From Xanthomonas translucens pv. translucens DSM 18974 (GTDB lineage Bacteria > Pseudomonadota > Gammaproteobacteria > Xanthomonadales > Xanthomonadaceae): a stretch of DNA of 40,000 nucleotides. The notes under the pieces are model-generated. The model had not been told where the DNA came from and did not search any database. It saw nothing but the letters and a program-made list of their open reading frames with translations. The DNA lies in the NCBI RefSeq assembly GCF_900094325.1, contig NZ_LT604072.1; one strand, 5' to 3'. Below, in pieces: positions 1-8,829 of this stretch; positions within the stretch are counted from its first letter, which is position 1; every line of letters starts with the position of its first letter. The translations under genes were made by a program, and so were the position numbers.

Positions 1-2411
1 CGATCGCCGCCGGCAAGCTGGATTTCGTACTGCATGGCGAGCGCCTCAACGGCAACTGGAAACTGGTGCGCACCGCATTGCGCGGCAAGCAGCCGCAGTG
101 GCTGCTGATCAAGCGTGACGACGCGTTCGCCGCCGATCGCGAGGCCGATGACTTGCTGCAGGATTCGCCGGCGGCGGCTGCGAAGCGCGCTGCCAAGGCG
201 ACCAAGGCAACCAAGGCGACCAAGATCACTAAGGCGAGCAAGGCCAGCAAGGCCAGCAAGGCAAAATCCACGCGCAGCCAAGCGCCCGCCGCAACTGCCG
301 CAACACCCGCCGCACGGCCACGGCGCAGCGACGCGGCCTGGCGCAAGCGCGCGCTGGCGCTGGAGGGTGCGCGCGATCGCCCGTGTCCGCCAGGCGCGCG
401 CGCGCAGCTGACGTTGCTGCGCGCGCGCGCGCCCGACGGCGCGCAATGGCTGCACGAGATCAAGTGGGACGGCTACCGCCTGCTCGCCGATCTGGACGCC
501 GGCCAGGCGACGCTGCGCTCGCGCAACGACCAGGCCTGGACCGAGACCTTCCCCGAGGTCGCGCACGCGGTGCAGGCCTTGCCGGTGCGCGAGGTGCGGC
601 TGGACGGCGAACTGGTGGTGCTCGATGCCGAGGGCCGCAGCGATTTCTCCGCCTTGCAACGGGTCATCGAGGGCAGCTCCAGGCAGCCGCTGCGCTACCT
701 GGTGTTCGACCTGCTCGGCGTGGCCGGCGTGGACCTGCGCGAGGTCCCGCTGCTGCAGCGCAAGCAATTGCTGCGCGCGCTGCTCGGCGACACGCCGGGC
801 GTGCTGGCCTATAGCGACCACGTGCTCGGCCATGGCCCGGAGGTGTTCGCCGCGGCGGCGGCGAAGGGCTACGAAGGCGTGGTCAGCAAGCGCGCGGACG
901 CGCGCCATCACGGCGGCCGCGGCGGCGACTGGGTCAAGACCAAGCACGAGAACAGCGATGATTTCGTCATCGTCGGCTATACCGATCCCAAGGGCGCGCG
1001 CAACGGCTTCGGTTCGCTGCTGCTGGCGCAGCGCAGCGCTGGCGGGTTGCGCTACGTCGGCCGTGTCGGCACCGGCTTCGACGAATCCGGCCTGCGGCGG
1101 TTGCTTGCGCAGCTGCAGGCATTGCACAGCGAGCAGGCGGCGGTGGAGCTTCCCGCGCATGCGCCGTTCCCGCGGCGCAGCGTGCACTGGGTACGGCCGC
1201 AGCTGGTGGCCGAAGTCGCTTTCCGTGGCTGGGCCAAGGAAGGGTTGTTGCGCCAGGCCGCGTTCAAGCGCCTGCGCGCGGACAAGCCGCTGCAGGATCT
1301 TGGCGGCGATCGTGCGCCGCTGCCGGCGGCCGGCCAGGGCAACCATGCCGTGGCGGCGCGCGCTGCGGCATCGGCGAAGAAGACCGTGCCGGCCGCGCGC
1401 GGGCCAGCCAAGCAGGCGAAACGCAGCGCGTCGAACGGCAATGCCGCGAAAACCGGCGCCGCCGAGCGCAAACCGGCGACCGCCAAGCCTGCGCCGCGCG
1501 CAAGCACCGCGGCGCAGAAGACCGCGTTCTCCGCCAGCGCCGATGCCGCAGCCGCGGCGGTCGCCATCACCCACCCCGAGCGCGTGGTGTATCCGGGCGC
1601 CGGCATCCGCAAGGGCGAGGTCGCCGATTACTACCGCGCCATCGCGCCATGGCTGCTGCAGGAAGTCGCCGGGCGGCCGCTGTCGCTACTGCGCTGCCCC
1701 GATGGCGCCGGCGGCGAATGTTTCTTCCAGAAGCACAACAACCGCGCGCTCGGCCAGCACGTGCAGGCGATCGCGCTGAAGCAGAAGAGCGGCACCGAGG
1801 ACTACCTGTACATCGACGATCTGGCCGGCCTGCTGGAACTGGTGCAGATGAACACCCTGGAGCTGCATCCCTGGGGGTCGACCGTGGACGATCCCGAGCA
1901 CCCCGACCGGCTGGTGTTCGATCTGGACCCGGGCGAGGGCGTGAGCTGGGCGCAGATCAAGGCCGCCGCGCGCGAGATCCGCACCCGCCTGCGCGAGACC
2001 GGGCTGGAGAGTTTCGTGCGCCTGTCCGGCGGCAAGGGCCTGCACGTGGTGGTGCCGATCGTGCCCGACGCGGACTGGGAGCGCGCGCGCGATTTTTGCG
2101 AAGCCTTCGCCCAGGCGCTGGCTGGGTCCGCGCCCGAGCGCTACGTGGCCACGATGAGCAAGGCCAAGCGCAGCGGGGTGATCTTCGTCGATTGGCTGCG
2201 CAACGGCCGCGGCAACACCAGCGTGTGCTCGTGGTCGCTGCGCGCGCGCGAGCACGCCACCGTGGCGGTGCCGCTGCGCTGGGAGGAACTGGCGCGGATC
2301 GCCTCGCCGCAGGCGTTCCCGCTGGCCAAGGCGCTGCAGCGCGCCGCGCGCCTGCGCGCGCATCCGTGGAAGGAGATGGCGACGCTAGAGCAGCGGTTGC
2401 CTGGGAGCTGA
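1..2411 (+). CDS. ligD: ATP-dependent DNA ligase LigD (NHEJ), 5'-truncated by the window edge: tail of phosphoesterase domain, ligase core, C-terminal polymerase/primase domain
   Basis: The frame of ORF 66..2411 stays open back to nt 3 (IAAGKLDFVLHGERLNGNWKLVR, typical end of the LigD phosphoesterase domain). Ligase motif I is present in HEIKWDGYRLL. The LigD-Pol signatures LVFDLDPGEG and LSGGKGLHVVVP lie in the C-terminal third. Confidence 0.9.
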   Translation, partial: IAAGKLDFVLHGERLNGNWKLVRTALRGKQPQWLLIKRDDAFAADREADDLLQDSPAAAAKRAAKATKATKATKITKASKASKASKAKSTRSQAPAATAATPAARPRRSDAAWRKRALALEGARDRPCPPGARAQLTLLRARAPDGAQWLHEIKWDGYRLLADLDAGQATLRSRNDQAWTETFPEVAHAVQALPVREVRLDGELVVLDAEGRSDFSALQRVIEGSSRQPLRYLVFDLLGVAGVDLREVPLLQRKQLLRALLGDTPGVLAYSDHVLGHGPEVFAAAAAKGYEGVVSKRADARHHGGRGGDWVKTKHENSDDFVIVGYTDPKGARNGFGSLLLAQRSAGGLRYVGRVGTGFDESGLRRLLAQLQALHSEQAAVELPAHAPFPRRSVHWVRPQLVAEVAFRGWAKEGLLRQAAFKRLRADKPLQDLGGDRAPLPAAGQGNHAVAARAAASAKKTVPAARGPAKQAKRSASNGNAAKTGAAERKPATAKPAPRASTAAQKTAFSASADAAAAAVAITHPERVVYPGAGIRKGEVADYYRAIAPWLLQEVAGRPLSLLRCPDGAGGECFFQKHNNRALGQHVQAIALKQKSGTEDYLYIDDLAGLLELVQMNTLELHPWGSTVDDPEHPDRLVFDLDPGEGVSWAQIKAAAREIRTRLRETGLESFVRLSGGKGLHVVVPIVPDADWERARDFCEAFAQALAGSAPERYVATMSKAKRSGVIFVDWLRNGRGNTSVCSWSLRAREHATVAVPLRWEELARIASPQAFPLAKALQRAARLRAHPWKEMATLEQRLPGS
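195..263 (+). repeat. In-frame 9-bp tandem repeat (about 7.7 units of AAGGCNACC/AGC) encoding a (KAT/KAS)n linker inside ligD
   Basis: Read directly: aaggcgacc aaggcaacc aaggcgacc aagatcact aaggcgagc aaggccagc aaggccagc aaggca, translating to KATKATKATKITKASKASKASKA. Confidence 0.85.
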
Positions 2412-2477
2412 GCCGGCGGGCGGCCGCGGATTGCGGCTTCCCTTTGTCGCCTTTTCCCGCACCTGCTGGCGTACCGC

Positions 2478-2564
2478 GTCGCGACTGAAGTCGCCCCTGC
2501 ACTGGATCCAAGCGCTGACCGCGCAACAGACGCGGTTCCTTGCAGGAGCGGCTTCAGCCGCGAC
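2478..2564. repeat. Inverted pair of REP units (degenerate GTCGCGACTGAAGTCGCCCCTGCA ... TGCAGGAGCGGCTTCAGCCGCGAC)
   Basis: Same unit family as at 8250-8726, 13137, 38152 and 39307-39367. It sits in the ligD/lldD convergent intergenic region. Confidence 0.8.
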
Positions 2565-2725
2565 GAACGGAGCCTGGATCCCGCCGTTGGCATCGACCTC
2601 TACGCACGAGCGCAGTCACCGCAGTGCCGCCAGCAGTGAATGTGCCAGTGCCATCCACGGTGCAGCCACTCGCGCGATGCTCGCGTAGGCGGCAACCGCA
2701 ACCGTCGCCGCGCCCACCACGCCAC

Positions 2726-3886
2726 TTACGGCGACACAGCGGATTCGCGGGTGACCCGCGCCAGCGAATCGCGCGAGATCGCCGCAATCGACTTTGCTCC
2801 GGTCAGCGTCATCGCCACCCGCATCTCCTTTTCGACCAGGCTCAGCAGGTTCTCCACCCCGGCCTGGCCGGCCGCGGCCAGCGCATACACGAAGGCGCGG
2901 CCGAGCAGCACCGCATCGGCGCCGAGCGCCAGCATGCGCACCACGTCCAGGCCGCTGCGGATGCCGGAGTCGGCCAGGATCTTCAGCTCGCCCTTCACCG
3001 CGTCGGCGATCGCCGGCAGCGCGCGCGCGCTGGACAGCACGCCATCGAGCTGGCGCCCGCCATGGTTGGAGACCACGATGCCGTCGGCGCCGAAGCGCAC
3101 TGCGTCGCGCGCATCGTCCGCATCCAGGATGCCCTTGATGACCATCGGCCCGGTCCAGAACTCGCGGATCCATTCCAGGTCCTTCCACGCAATCGACGGA
3201 TCGAAGTTCGCGCCGAGCCAGCCGATGTAATCCGCCAACCCGGTCGGGCTGCCGCGGTAGGCGGAGATGTTGCCCAGGTCGTGCGGCCGCCCGAGCAGCC
3301 CCACGTCCCAGGCCCAGCGCGGATGGGTCATGGCCTGCAGCATGCGCCGCAGCGACGCGTGCGGCCCGCTCATGCCCGAATGCGCATCGCGGTAGCGCGC
3401 GCCGGGCGTGGGCATGTCCACGGTGAACACCAACGTGGTCACGCCGGCGGCCCTGGCCCGCTCCAGCGCGTTGCGCATGAAGCCGCGGTCCTTGAGCACG
3501 TATAGCTGGAACCACATCGGCCGGTCGATCGCCGGCGCCACTTCCTCGATCGGGCACACCGACACCGTGGACAGGGTGAACGGCACGCCCTTGGCCGCCG
3601 CCGCCCGCGCGGCCTGCACCTCGCCGCGGCGCGCGTACATGCCGGTCAGCCCGACCGGGGCCAGGGCCAGCGGCAGCGCCAGGCGCTCGCCGAACAGCTC
3701 GGTTTCCAGGCTGAGCTCGGCCATGTCGCGTAGCACCCGCTGGCGCAGTGCGATGTCGGCCAGGTCGGCGACATTGCGCCGCAGCGTGTGCTCGGCATAG
3801 GCCCCGCCGTCGATGTAGTGGAACAGGAACGGCGGCAGCCGCGCCTGGGCGGCGGCGCGGTAGTCGGAAGCGGCGGAAATGATCAT
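2726..3886 (-). CDS. lldD: FMN-dependent L-lactate dehydrogenase (alpha-hydroxy-acid oxidising family)
   Basis: 386-aa ORF. The N-terminus [38 protein letters not shown] and the later [10 protein letters not shown] motif are characteristic of LldD / glycolate-oxidase-family flavoenzymes. Confidence 0.9.
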   Translation of the reverse strand: MIISAASDYRAAAQARLPPFLFHYIDGGAYAEHTLRRNVADLADIALRQRVLRDMAELSLETELFGERLALPLALAPVGLTGMYARRGEVQAARAAAAKGVPFTLSTVSVCPIEEVAPAIDRPMWFQLYVLKDRGFMRNALERARAAGVTTLVFTVDMPTPGARYRDAHSGMSGPHASLRRMLQAMTHPRWAWDVGLLGRPHDLGNISAYRGSPTGLADYIGWLGANFDPSIAWKDLEWIREFWTGPMVIKGILDADDARDAVRFGADGIVVSNHGGRQLDGVLSSARALPAIADAVKGELKILADSGIRSGLDVVRMLALGADAVLLGRAFVYALAAAGQAGVENLLSLVEKEMRVAMTLTGAKSIAAISRDSLARVTRESAVSP

Positions 3887-4734
3887 CGGCGCGGGTCGTC
3901 GGGAGAGGAGGGGAGGCGCGAGGCGCGCGCGCGGCGCGCTTCGTCTTCGTCGAGGCTGCGCAGGGAGGTGTGGACGAAGGCCAGGTGCGCGTGCGCGGCG
4001 TCGCGTGCGCGTTCCGCCTCGCCGGCCAGGATCGCGTCGCGCAGCGCGCGGTGTTGCGCCAGCAGCGGGGCGAAGGTGCGCGGCGACTGGAACAGCTTAT
4101 GCCGGCTCTGCGAGATATTGGTCTGCAGGAGATCGAACAGCCCGCGCATCACCTGCAGCAACACGCGGTTGTGCGCGGCCTCGGCGATGGCCAGGTGGAA
4201 GTCGGCGTCGGCGCGCGCCTCGGCGGCCGCATCGCCCTGCGCATGCGCCTGCAGCATCGCCTCGAACGCAGCGGCGATGCGCGCGCGGTCGGCGTCGGTG
4301 GCGCGCAGCGCGGCATGCCAGGCGGTGGCGCCTTCCAGCGCATGGCGGGTCTCCAGCACGTCGAAGCGGTATGCCGGATCGCCCTGCAGCAGCGGCAGGA
4401 ACGGCTGCAGCGGCGCCACCACCTGCTCCTCGGGCGTGTGCGGGCGCTGCACGTAGGTGCCGCCGCCGGCGCGGGCGCGCAGCAGGCCCTGGCTGGCGAG
4501 CTGGGCGATCGCCTCGCGCAAGACGGTGCGCGACACGCCCAGCTGCAGCGCCAGCGTGCGCTCGGCCGGCAAGCGCGCGTCCGCTTGCAGCCCGTGCTGC
4601 GCGATCAGCGCGCGCAATTGCGCGGCGACGCGGTCGCTGAGGCGGCCGCCGCCGAGCCCGGGCGCTGGATCGCCTTGGTGTGCGACTGGCCGGGAGCCGG
4701 CACCGGTCTTCGCGGACGTGGATAAAGTGGTCAT
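3883..4734 (-). CDS. lldR: GntR/FadR-family transcriptional regulator, LldR/PdhR-like
   Basis: 283-aa ORF whose stop overlaps the lldD start (ATGA at 3883-3886). It has a GntR-type wHTH ([25 protein letters not shown]) followed by an all-helical FCD-type C-terminal domain. The position upstream of lldD matches lldR. The exact start codon is uncertain. Confidence 0.75.
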   Translation of the reverse strand: MTTLSTSAKTGAGSRPVAHQGDPAPGLGGGRLSDRVAAQLRALIAQHGLQADARLPAERTLALQLGVSRTVLREAIAQLASQGLLRARAGGGTYVQRPHTPEEQVVAPLQPFLPLLQGDPAYRFDVLETRHALEGATAWHAALRATDADRARIAAAFEAMLQAHAQGDAAAEARADADFHLAIAEAAHNRVLLQVMRGLFDLLQTNISQSRHKLFQSPRTFAPLLAQHRALRDAILAGEAERARDAAHAHLAFVHTSLRSLDEDEARRARASRLPSSPDDPRR

Positions 4735-4740
4735 ACCAAA
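4727..4740. promoter_or_regulatory. Putative LldR/PdhR-type operator half-degenerate copy (GTGGTCATACCAAA) overlapping the lldR start codon
   Basis: It shares the core TGGTCATACCA with the perfect palindrome at 4823-4837. The central CAT is the reverse complement of the proposed lldR ATG. Confidence 0.4.
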
Positions 4741-4822
4741 AGCTGCCGAGCGCAGGAGCGGACCCCATTAGATCGCGCTACGTTGGGCCAGGTCAAACGC
4801 AGGCAACGCGATCGCCGCGGAG

Positions 4823-4837
4823 ATTGGTCATACCAAT
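4823..4837. promoter_or_regulatory. Putative LldR/PdhR-type operator, perfect palindrome ATTGGTCATACCAAT
   Basis: 15-bp perfect inverted repeat matching the FadR-subfamily PdhR/LldR box form ATTGGT-N3-ACCAAT, about 90 bp upstream of lldR. Confidence 0.6.
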
Positions 4838-4874
4838 TGTCTCGGACCATGCCGCGCCCGGGTGGCGGCCGCCC

Positions 4875-5450
4875 TCACCAGACGAACGGCAGCAGCCGCC
4901 AGCTGTGCCTGGCGTACTCCGGGTACTCGCGCGGAAAGGCCTGGGTCAGCGCCGCTTCCTCCACGCGGATGCGGCGCAGGAACGCCCAGGTCACCGGCAG
5001 CACGATCGCCAGCAGCGACAGCCCATCGCCCAGGCCGATCGCCAGCCCGTAGAACGCCAGCAGCGCGCCGGTGTAGGACGGATGGCGCAGGTAGCGGTAC
5101 GGCCCGTGGCGGATCAGCCGGTGGTCGTCCTGGATGGTCACGTCCACCGTGAACCAGCGCGCCAGCACCCGGATCGCCCACAGCCGCAGCCCCAAGCCGC
5201 CGGCCAGCAGTGCGCAGCCCAGCCAGCGCGCCGGCTCCTGCAGCGCCGGCGCATAGCGCCATAGGCCGGCGAAGGACAGCAACACGCCCACCGCCACCGC
5301 CGCATACAACACGCGCCACAGCAGCTGCAGCGTGCCCTGGTCGTGCGCGCCGCCATCGGCCGCGCGGCGGCGGTGACCGAGCAGCATCTCGAAGACGCCC
5401 CAGCTCGCGCCCAGCAGCATGAACAATAGATCGGGATGTGGAACAGGCAT
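4875..5450 (-). CDS. Isoprenylcysteine carboxyl methyltransferase (ICMT)/phospholipid methyltransferase family membrane protein
   Basis: 191-aa ORF with multiple hydrophobic helices and the family motif LIRHGPYRYLRHPSYTGALL. Confidence 0.8.
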   Translation of the reverse strand: MPVPHPDLLFMLLGASWGVFEMLLGHRRRAADGGAHDQGTLQLLWRVLYAAVAVGVLLSFAGLWRYAPALQEPARWLGCALLAGGLGLRLWAIRVLARWFTVDVTIQDDHRLIRHGPYRYLRHPSYTGALLAFYGLAIGLGDGLSLLAIVLPVTWAFLRRIRVEEAALTQAFPREYPEYARHSWRLLPFVW

Positions 5451-5687
5451 TGTCGTGTCCTTGGGGAATTGTCGGTGTACGCCATCGCGCTGCAGGCCGG
5501 GCGAACGGGCGGTCGCGGCGGCGATGGCATGGCGCCAGTGTGGCCGCCATGCGCTGGCGGGAACAGTGGCGCCTGGTCATCGATGCGACCTGCCGGACGT
5601 CTTCTTGCATGCGTCTCATTACTGCCGCCACGCGTGCTGCCTGCAGCTTGCCGCGGCGCGCGTCCATGCCGGCCAGGCAGGCTCGCG

Positions 5688-5975
5688 TCAAGGCCGTCGC
5701 TGCGGCCAGCGTCTCTGGGTGTCGATGCGTAGGCTGGACGTGCTGCGCAGCACGCGTCTTTGCAAACGGAGATCGGCCGGCGCGGCGACGCTGCAGTGCA
5801 AGGTGCGCTCGGCCCAGGCGCGGCCGTCGCTGTAGCGGAGCAGGAACGACGGCGGCACCCAATCGGCAACGGCGCTTTGGCCCCGGAGACGGGCGCGAAG
5901 TTCGGTTATCGGCTCAGCTTTTCGGCATTCGAATGAAAATGGACGGGATTTGTACTCTAATTTTCCTGCCAACAT
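5688..5975 (-). pseudogene. Truncated/diverged paralogue of the 6290..6628 small gene (SMI1/KNR4 (SUKH)-like immunity-type fragment)
   Basis: The block PITELRARLRGQSAVADWVPPSFLLRYSDGRAWAERTLHCSVAAPADL parallels AITELLPISRAKVPLPIGWTPLLRYSDGGVWAEPTLQLSAAALADI of the upstream copy. DNA repeats are visible at about 5828-5920 and 6498-6580. The C-terminal part diverges into GC-rich non-protein-like sequence. Confidence 0.25.
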
Positions 5976-6289
5976 CAGATAACAAGTAGAAAAACGAATG
6001 CACCGATCTAAACAGATTGCAACGGGCAGTAGTTCTTCTTCAAGTTCAAGTTCTCCCGTGCCAGAACACGATGCCGAGCAGACCAGTCCTTGCCCTGAAC
6101 CGCCAGCGGCATCCCCTCACCCGCAATTAGGCGGGCTCGCAGCGCGCGCCCCTGCGCGCGCTGCGCCCCCCCCTGCTTTATCGACGCAAGAGCCTGCCAT
6201 ACAGCCCAACCTTCCGCGCTTGACATTCCCGAGCCCGGAGGAGATAACAAAACCAACGTGACCGTGAAGCGGATAATGGCAAAATTGAA

Positions 6290-6628
6290 TCATGGCAAGT
6301 CGCAAAGAGATCCCATCGTGCTGTGGAAGCGCATCGAACCGTTGATTCGGCCGGTGAAGCCTTCGCCGCTGGTCATTACGGCTTGGGTTACCAGGCGCAG
6401 GCCGGACATCGTGCACAGCGCGCGTGGGTGTAACGCGATATCGGCCAGTGCGGCGGCGCTGAGTTGCAAGGTAGGCTCAGCCCAGACGCCGCCGTCGCTG
6501 TAGCGGAGCAGCGGCGTCCACCCAATCGGCAACGGTACTTTGGCCCGGGAGATGGGAAGAAGTTCGGTTATCGCCTCAACCGCTGCCTGTCGTAGACTTG
6601 CAGGATATCGATCCCGGTAAACCACCAC
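6290..6628 (-). CDS. Small hypothetical protein, possibly SMI1/KNR4 (SUKH-1)-like immunity-type protein; start codon uncertain (GTG at 6628 or 6625)
   Basis: The pattern helix - LP..W..LL.YSDGG - ...LQL.S...I resembles the SMI1/KNR4 core (LP.dY..fL...NGG ... l.l.s.eEi). Local GC drops relative to the flanks. No canonical ATG or SD was found. Confidence 0.3.
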   Translation of the reverse strand: MVVYRDRYPASLRQAAVEAITELLPISRAKVPLPIGWTPLLRYSDGGVWAEPTLQLSAAALADIALHPRALCTMSGLRLVTQAVMTSGEGFTGRINGSMRFHSTMGSLCDLP

Positions 6629-6964
6629 GCGCCAAGGCGACAACTGTTTTGGTCGCGCTTGGTTTGTGCCTGCGCGCGGGCGCCATCGTTGGCACGGCAA
6701 CGACCTCGTCGGCGGTCGGGTCTTGCCGCAACGTCGTGTGCCGCGTCCCCCGCCTTGCGCCGACGTGTTGCGGCTGACCCTATGCGTAAGACCGCGCCGT
6801 GCCTGGCAGACGCGCGGCGCGCGCGCCAATCATGTCGGCTGCGGCGCTGCTGCGTGCAGGCCAGCCCGCCGCTCATGCCAGTCTGCCCAGCCCCGCCGCG
6901 GCCTCCCCAATGACGCTGCCAGGCCCTAAGATGCCGCCAGCATCTTGTTGACGAGGAGTAGGCA

Positions 6965-8170
6965 GTGATCATCCATCCCAAAGTTCGCGGTTTCATCTGC
7001 ACCACCACGCATCCGCTCGGCTGCGAGCGCAACGTGCTTGAGCAGATCGCCGCCACGCGCGCGCGTGGCGTACGCAGCGACGGGCCGAAGAAGGTGCTGG
7101 TGCTCGGCGCCTCCAGCGGCTACGGCCTGGCCTCGCGCATCACCGCCGCGTTCGGCTTCGGCGCCGACACGCTGGGCGTGTTCTTCGAAAAGCCGGGCAG
7201 CGACAAGAAGGCCGGCACTGCCGGCTGGTACAACTCGGCCGCATTCGACAAGCATGCCAAGGCCGCGGGCCTGTACAGCAAGTCGATCAACGGCGATGCG
7301 TTCTCCGACGAGGCGCGCGCGCAGGTGATCGAACTGATCAAGACCGAGATGGGCGGCCAGATCGATCTGGTGGTGTATTCGCTGGCCTCGCCGGTGCGCA
7401 AGCTGCCCGGCACCGGCGAAGTGAAGCGCTCGGCGCTCAAGCCGATCGGCCAGACCTACACCGCCACCGCGATCGACACCAACAAGGACGCGATCATCGA
7501 GGCCTCGATCGAGCCGGCCACCGAGCAGGAGATCGAAGACACCGTGACCGTGATGGGCGGCCAGGACTGGGAGCTGTGGATCGACGCGCTGGCCGCCGCC
7601 GGCGTGCTCGCGCCGGGCGCGCGCAGCGTGGCCTTCAGCTACATCGGTACCGAGATCACCTGGCCGATCTACTGGCACGGCGCGCTGGGCAAGGCCAAGG
7701 TGGACCTGGACCAGACCGCGCAGCGCCTGCACGCGCGCCTGCAGCAAAGCGGCGGCAGCGCCAACGTGGCGGTGCTCAAGTCGGTGGTGACCCAGGCCAG
7801 CGCGGCGATCCCGGTGATGCCGCTGTACATCTCCATGGTCTACAAGATCATGAAGGAAAAGGGCTTGCACGAAGGCACCATCGACCAGCTCGACCGCCTG
7901 TTCCGCGAGCGCATGTACCGCGCAGACGGCCAGGCGCCTGCCACCGACGAGCAGAACCGGCTGCGTCTGGACGACTGGGAACTGCGCGACGACGTGCAGG
8001 ACGCGTGCAAGGCGCTATGGCCGCAGGTCACCACCGAGAACCTGTTCCAGCTCACCGACTACGCCGGCTACAAGCACGAATTCCTCAAGCTGTTCGGCTT
8101 CGAGCGCAACGACGTGGACTACGACGCCGACGTGAATCCGGACGTGCAGTTCGATTGCATCGCGCTGTAG
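6965..8170 (+). CDS. fabV: NADH-dependent enoyl-[acyl-carrier-protein] reductase FabV (trans-2-enoyl-CoA reductase family)
   Basis: 401-aa ORF with a GTG start preceded by GAGGAG. The N-terminus [20 protein letters not shown] and the Rossmann segment [17 protein letters not shown] are hallmark FabV/TER sequences. Confidence 0.92.
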   Translation: MIIHPKVRGFICTTTHPLGCERNVLEQIAATRARGVRSDGPKKVLVLGASSGYGLASRITAAFGFGADTLGVFFEKPGSDKKAGTAGWYNSAAFDKHAKAAGLYSKSINGDAFSDEARAQVIELIKTEMGGQIDLVVYSLASPVRKLPGTGEVKRSALKPIGQTYTATAIDTNKDAIIEASIEPATEQEIEDTVTVMGGQDWELWIDALAAAGVLAPGARSVAFSYIGTEITWPIYWHGALGKAKVDLDQTAQRLHARLQQSGGSANVAVLKSVVTQASAAIPVMPLYISMVYKIMKEKGLHEGTIDQLDRLFRERMYRADGQAPATDEQNRLRLDDWELRDDVQDACKALWPQVTTENLFQLTDYAGYKHEFLKLFGFERNDVDYDADVNPDVQFDCIAL

Positions 8171-8210
8171 GCAGCCGGGATGCGGCATCGGGAATGCGGC
8201 ATGCGGCATG

Positions 8211-8237
8211 CGGCCGGCAGCGATGCCGGCCGTTTTT
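8211..8237 (+). terminator. Rho-independent terminator downstream of fabV
   Basis: CGGCCGGCA-gcga-TGCCGGCCG stem followed by TTTTT, about 40 nt after the fabV stop. Confidence 0.7.
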
Positions 8238-8249
8238 CTGTGAGTGCCT

Positions 8250-8726
8250 GTCGCGGCTGAAGCCGCTCCTACACAAGCGCGCAGCTCTCCTGTAGGAGCG
8301 GCTTCAGCCGCGACCGGAACGATGAAACCACCGCGGCGCGAATCGGATGGGAGGTGCGGCCTGCGCCTGCAATCAGGCGCGTTGGATGGCGTCCCGCGCG
8401 CTCCCACAAGGAGCGCGGCCGGCCACCGCGGAGACTGTGCCGGTCGCCACTGTGGGAGCGACTTCAGTCGCGACGCGGGAAATCAGGGCCGCCGCTGCGC
8501 CGGGCATTGCAAATCCGCACATGGAAACCGCCCGGTACCTGAAGCGTGTCGCCGCTCGCGGTTGAAGCCGCTCCTGCAAAGGCGGGAATTCGGGGTTCGT
8601 GGTGGCCTCGATGCCGGGTTTCCCATGGGGAGCTTGGCATCGCGACCGCCTCATTTTCCGGTCGCGGCTGAAGCCGCTCCTACAAGAGCGTGCTGCGCTC
8701 CCTGTAGGAGCGGCTTCAGCCGCGAC
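8250..8726. repeat. Cluster of six REP units (three inverted pairs) of the GTCGCGGCTGAAGCCGCTCCTACA family
   Basis: Units at 8250-8273(-)/8291-8314(+), 8451-8474(+)/8555-8578(-) and 8661-8684(-)/8703-8726(+). Orientation alternates and spacing is irregular. Confidence 0.85.
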
Positions 8727-8792
8727 AGGAACACGAATCGCCAGCAACCCCGTGCCGCGCGCAAAAACGCCGCCACCAGCGCTCCCACGGAT

Positions 8793-8823
8793 CCCCATTC
8801 CCCATTCCCCATTCCCCATTCCC
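8793..8823. repeat. Heptanucleotide microsatellite (CCCCATT) x about 4.4
   Basis: Read directly immediately downstream of the kdgK stop (minus strand). A second heptamer run (ATGCGGC) x3 lies at 8194-8214. Confidence 0.9.
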
Positions 8824-8829
8824 GGCCTT

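Noticed and set aside
5998-6261. 87-aa + strand ORF with a Ser9 run, and the antisense 82-aa ORF 6008..6256
   Set aside because: Low-complexity translation (SSSSSSSSS, Pro/Ala-rich) with no SD or family signal. Mentioned only as a possible toxin-tip relic in the SUKH-like finding.
8250-8726. REP cluster as a possible CRISPR array
   Set aside because: The repeats alternate in orientation, spacing is irregular (17 to about 136 bp), the same unit is dispersed singly elsewhere in the window, and no cas genes are present.
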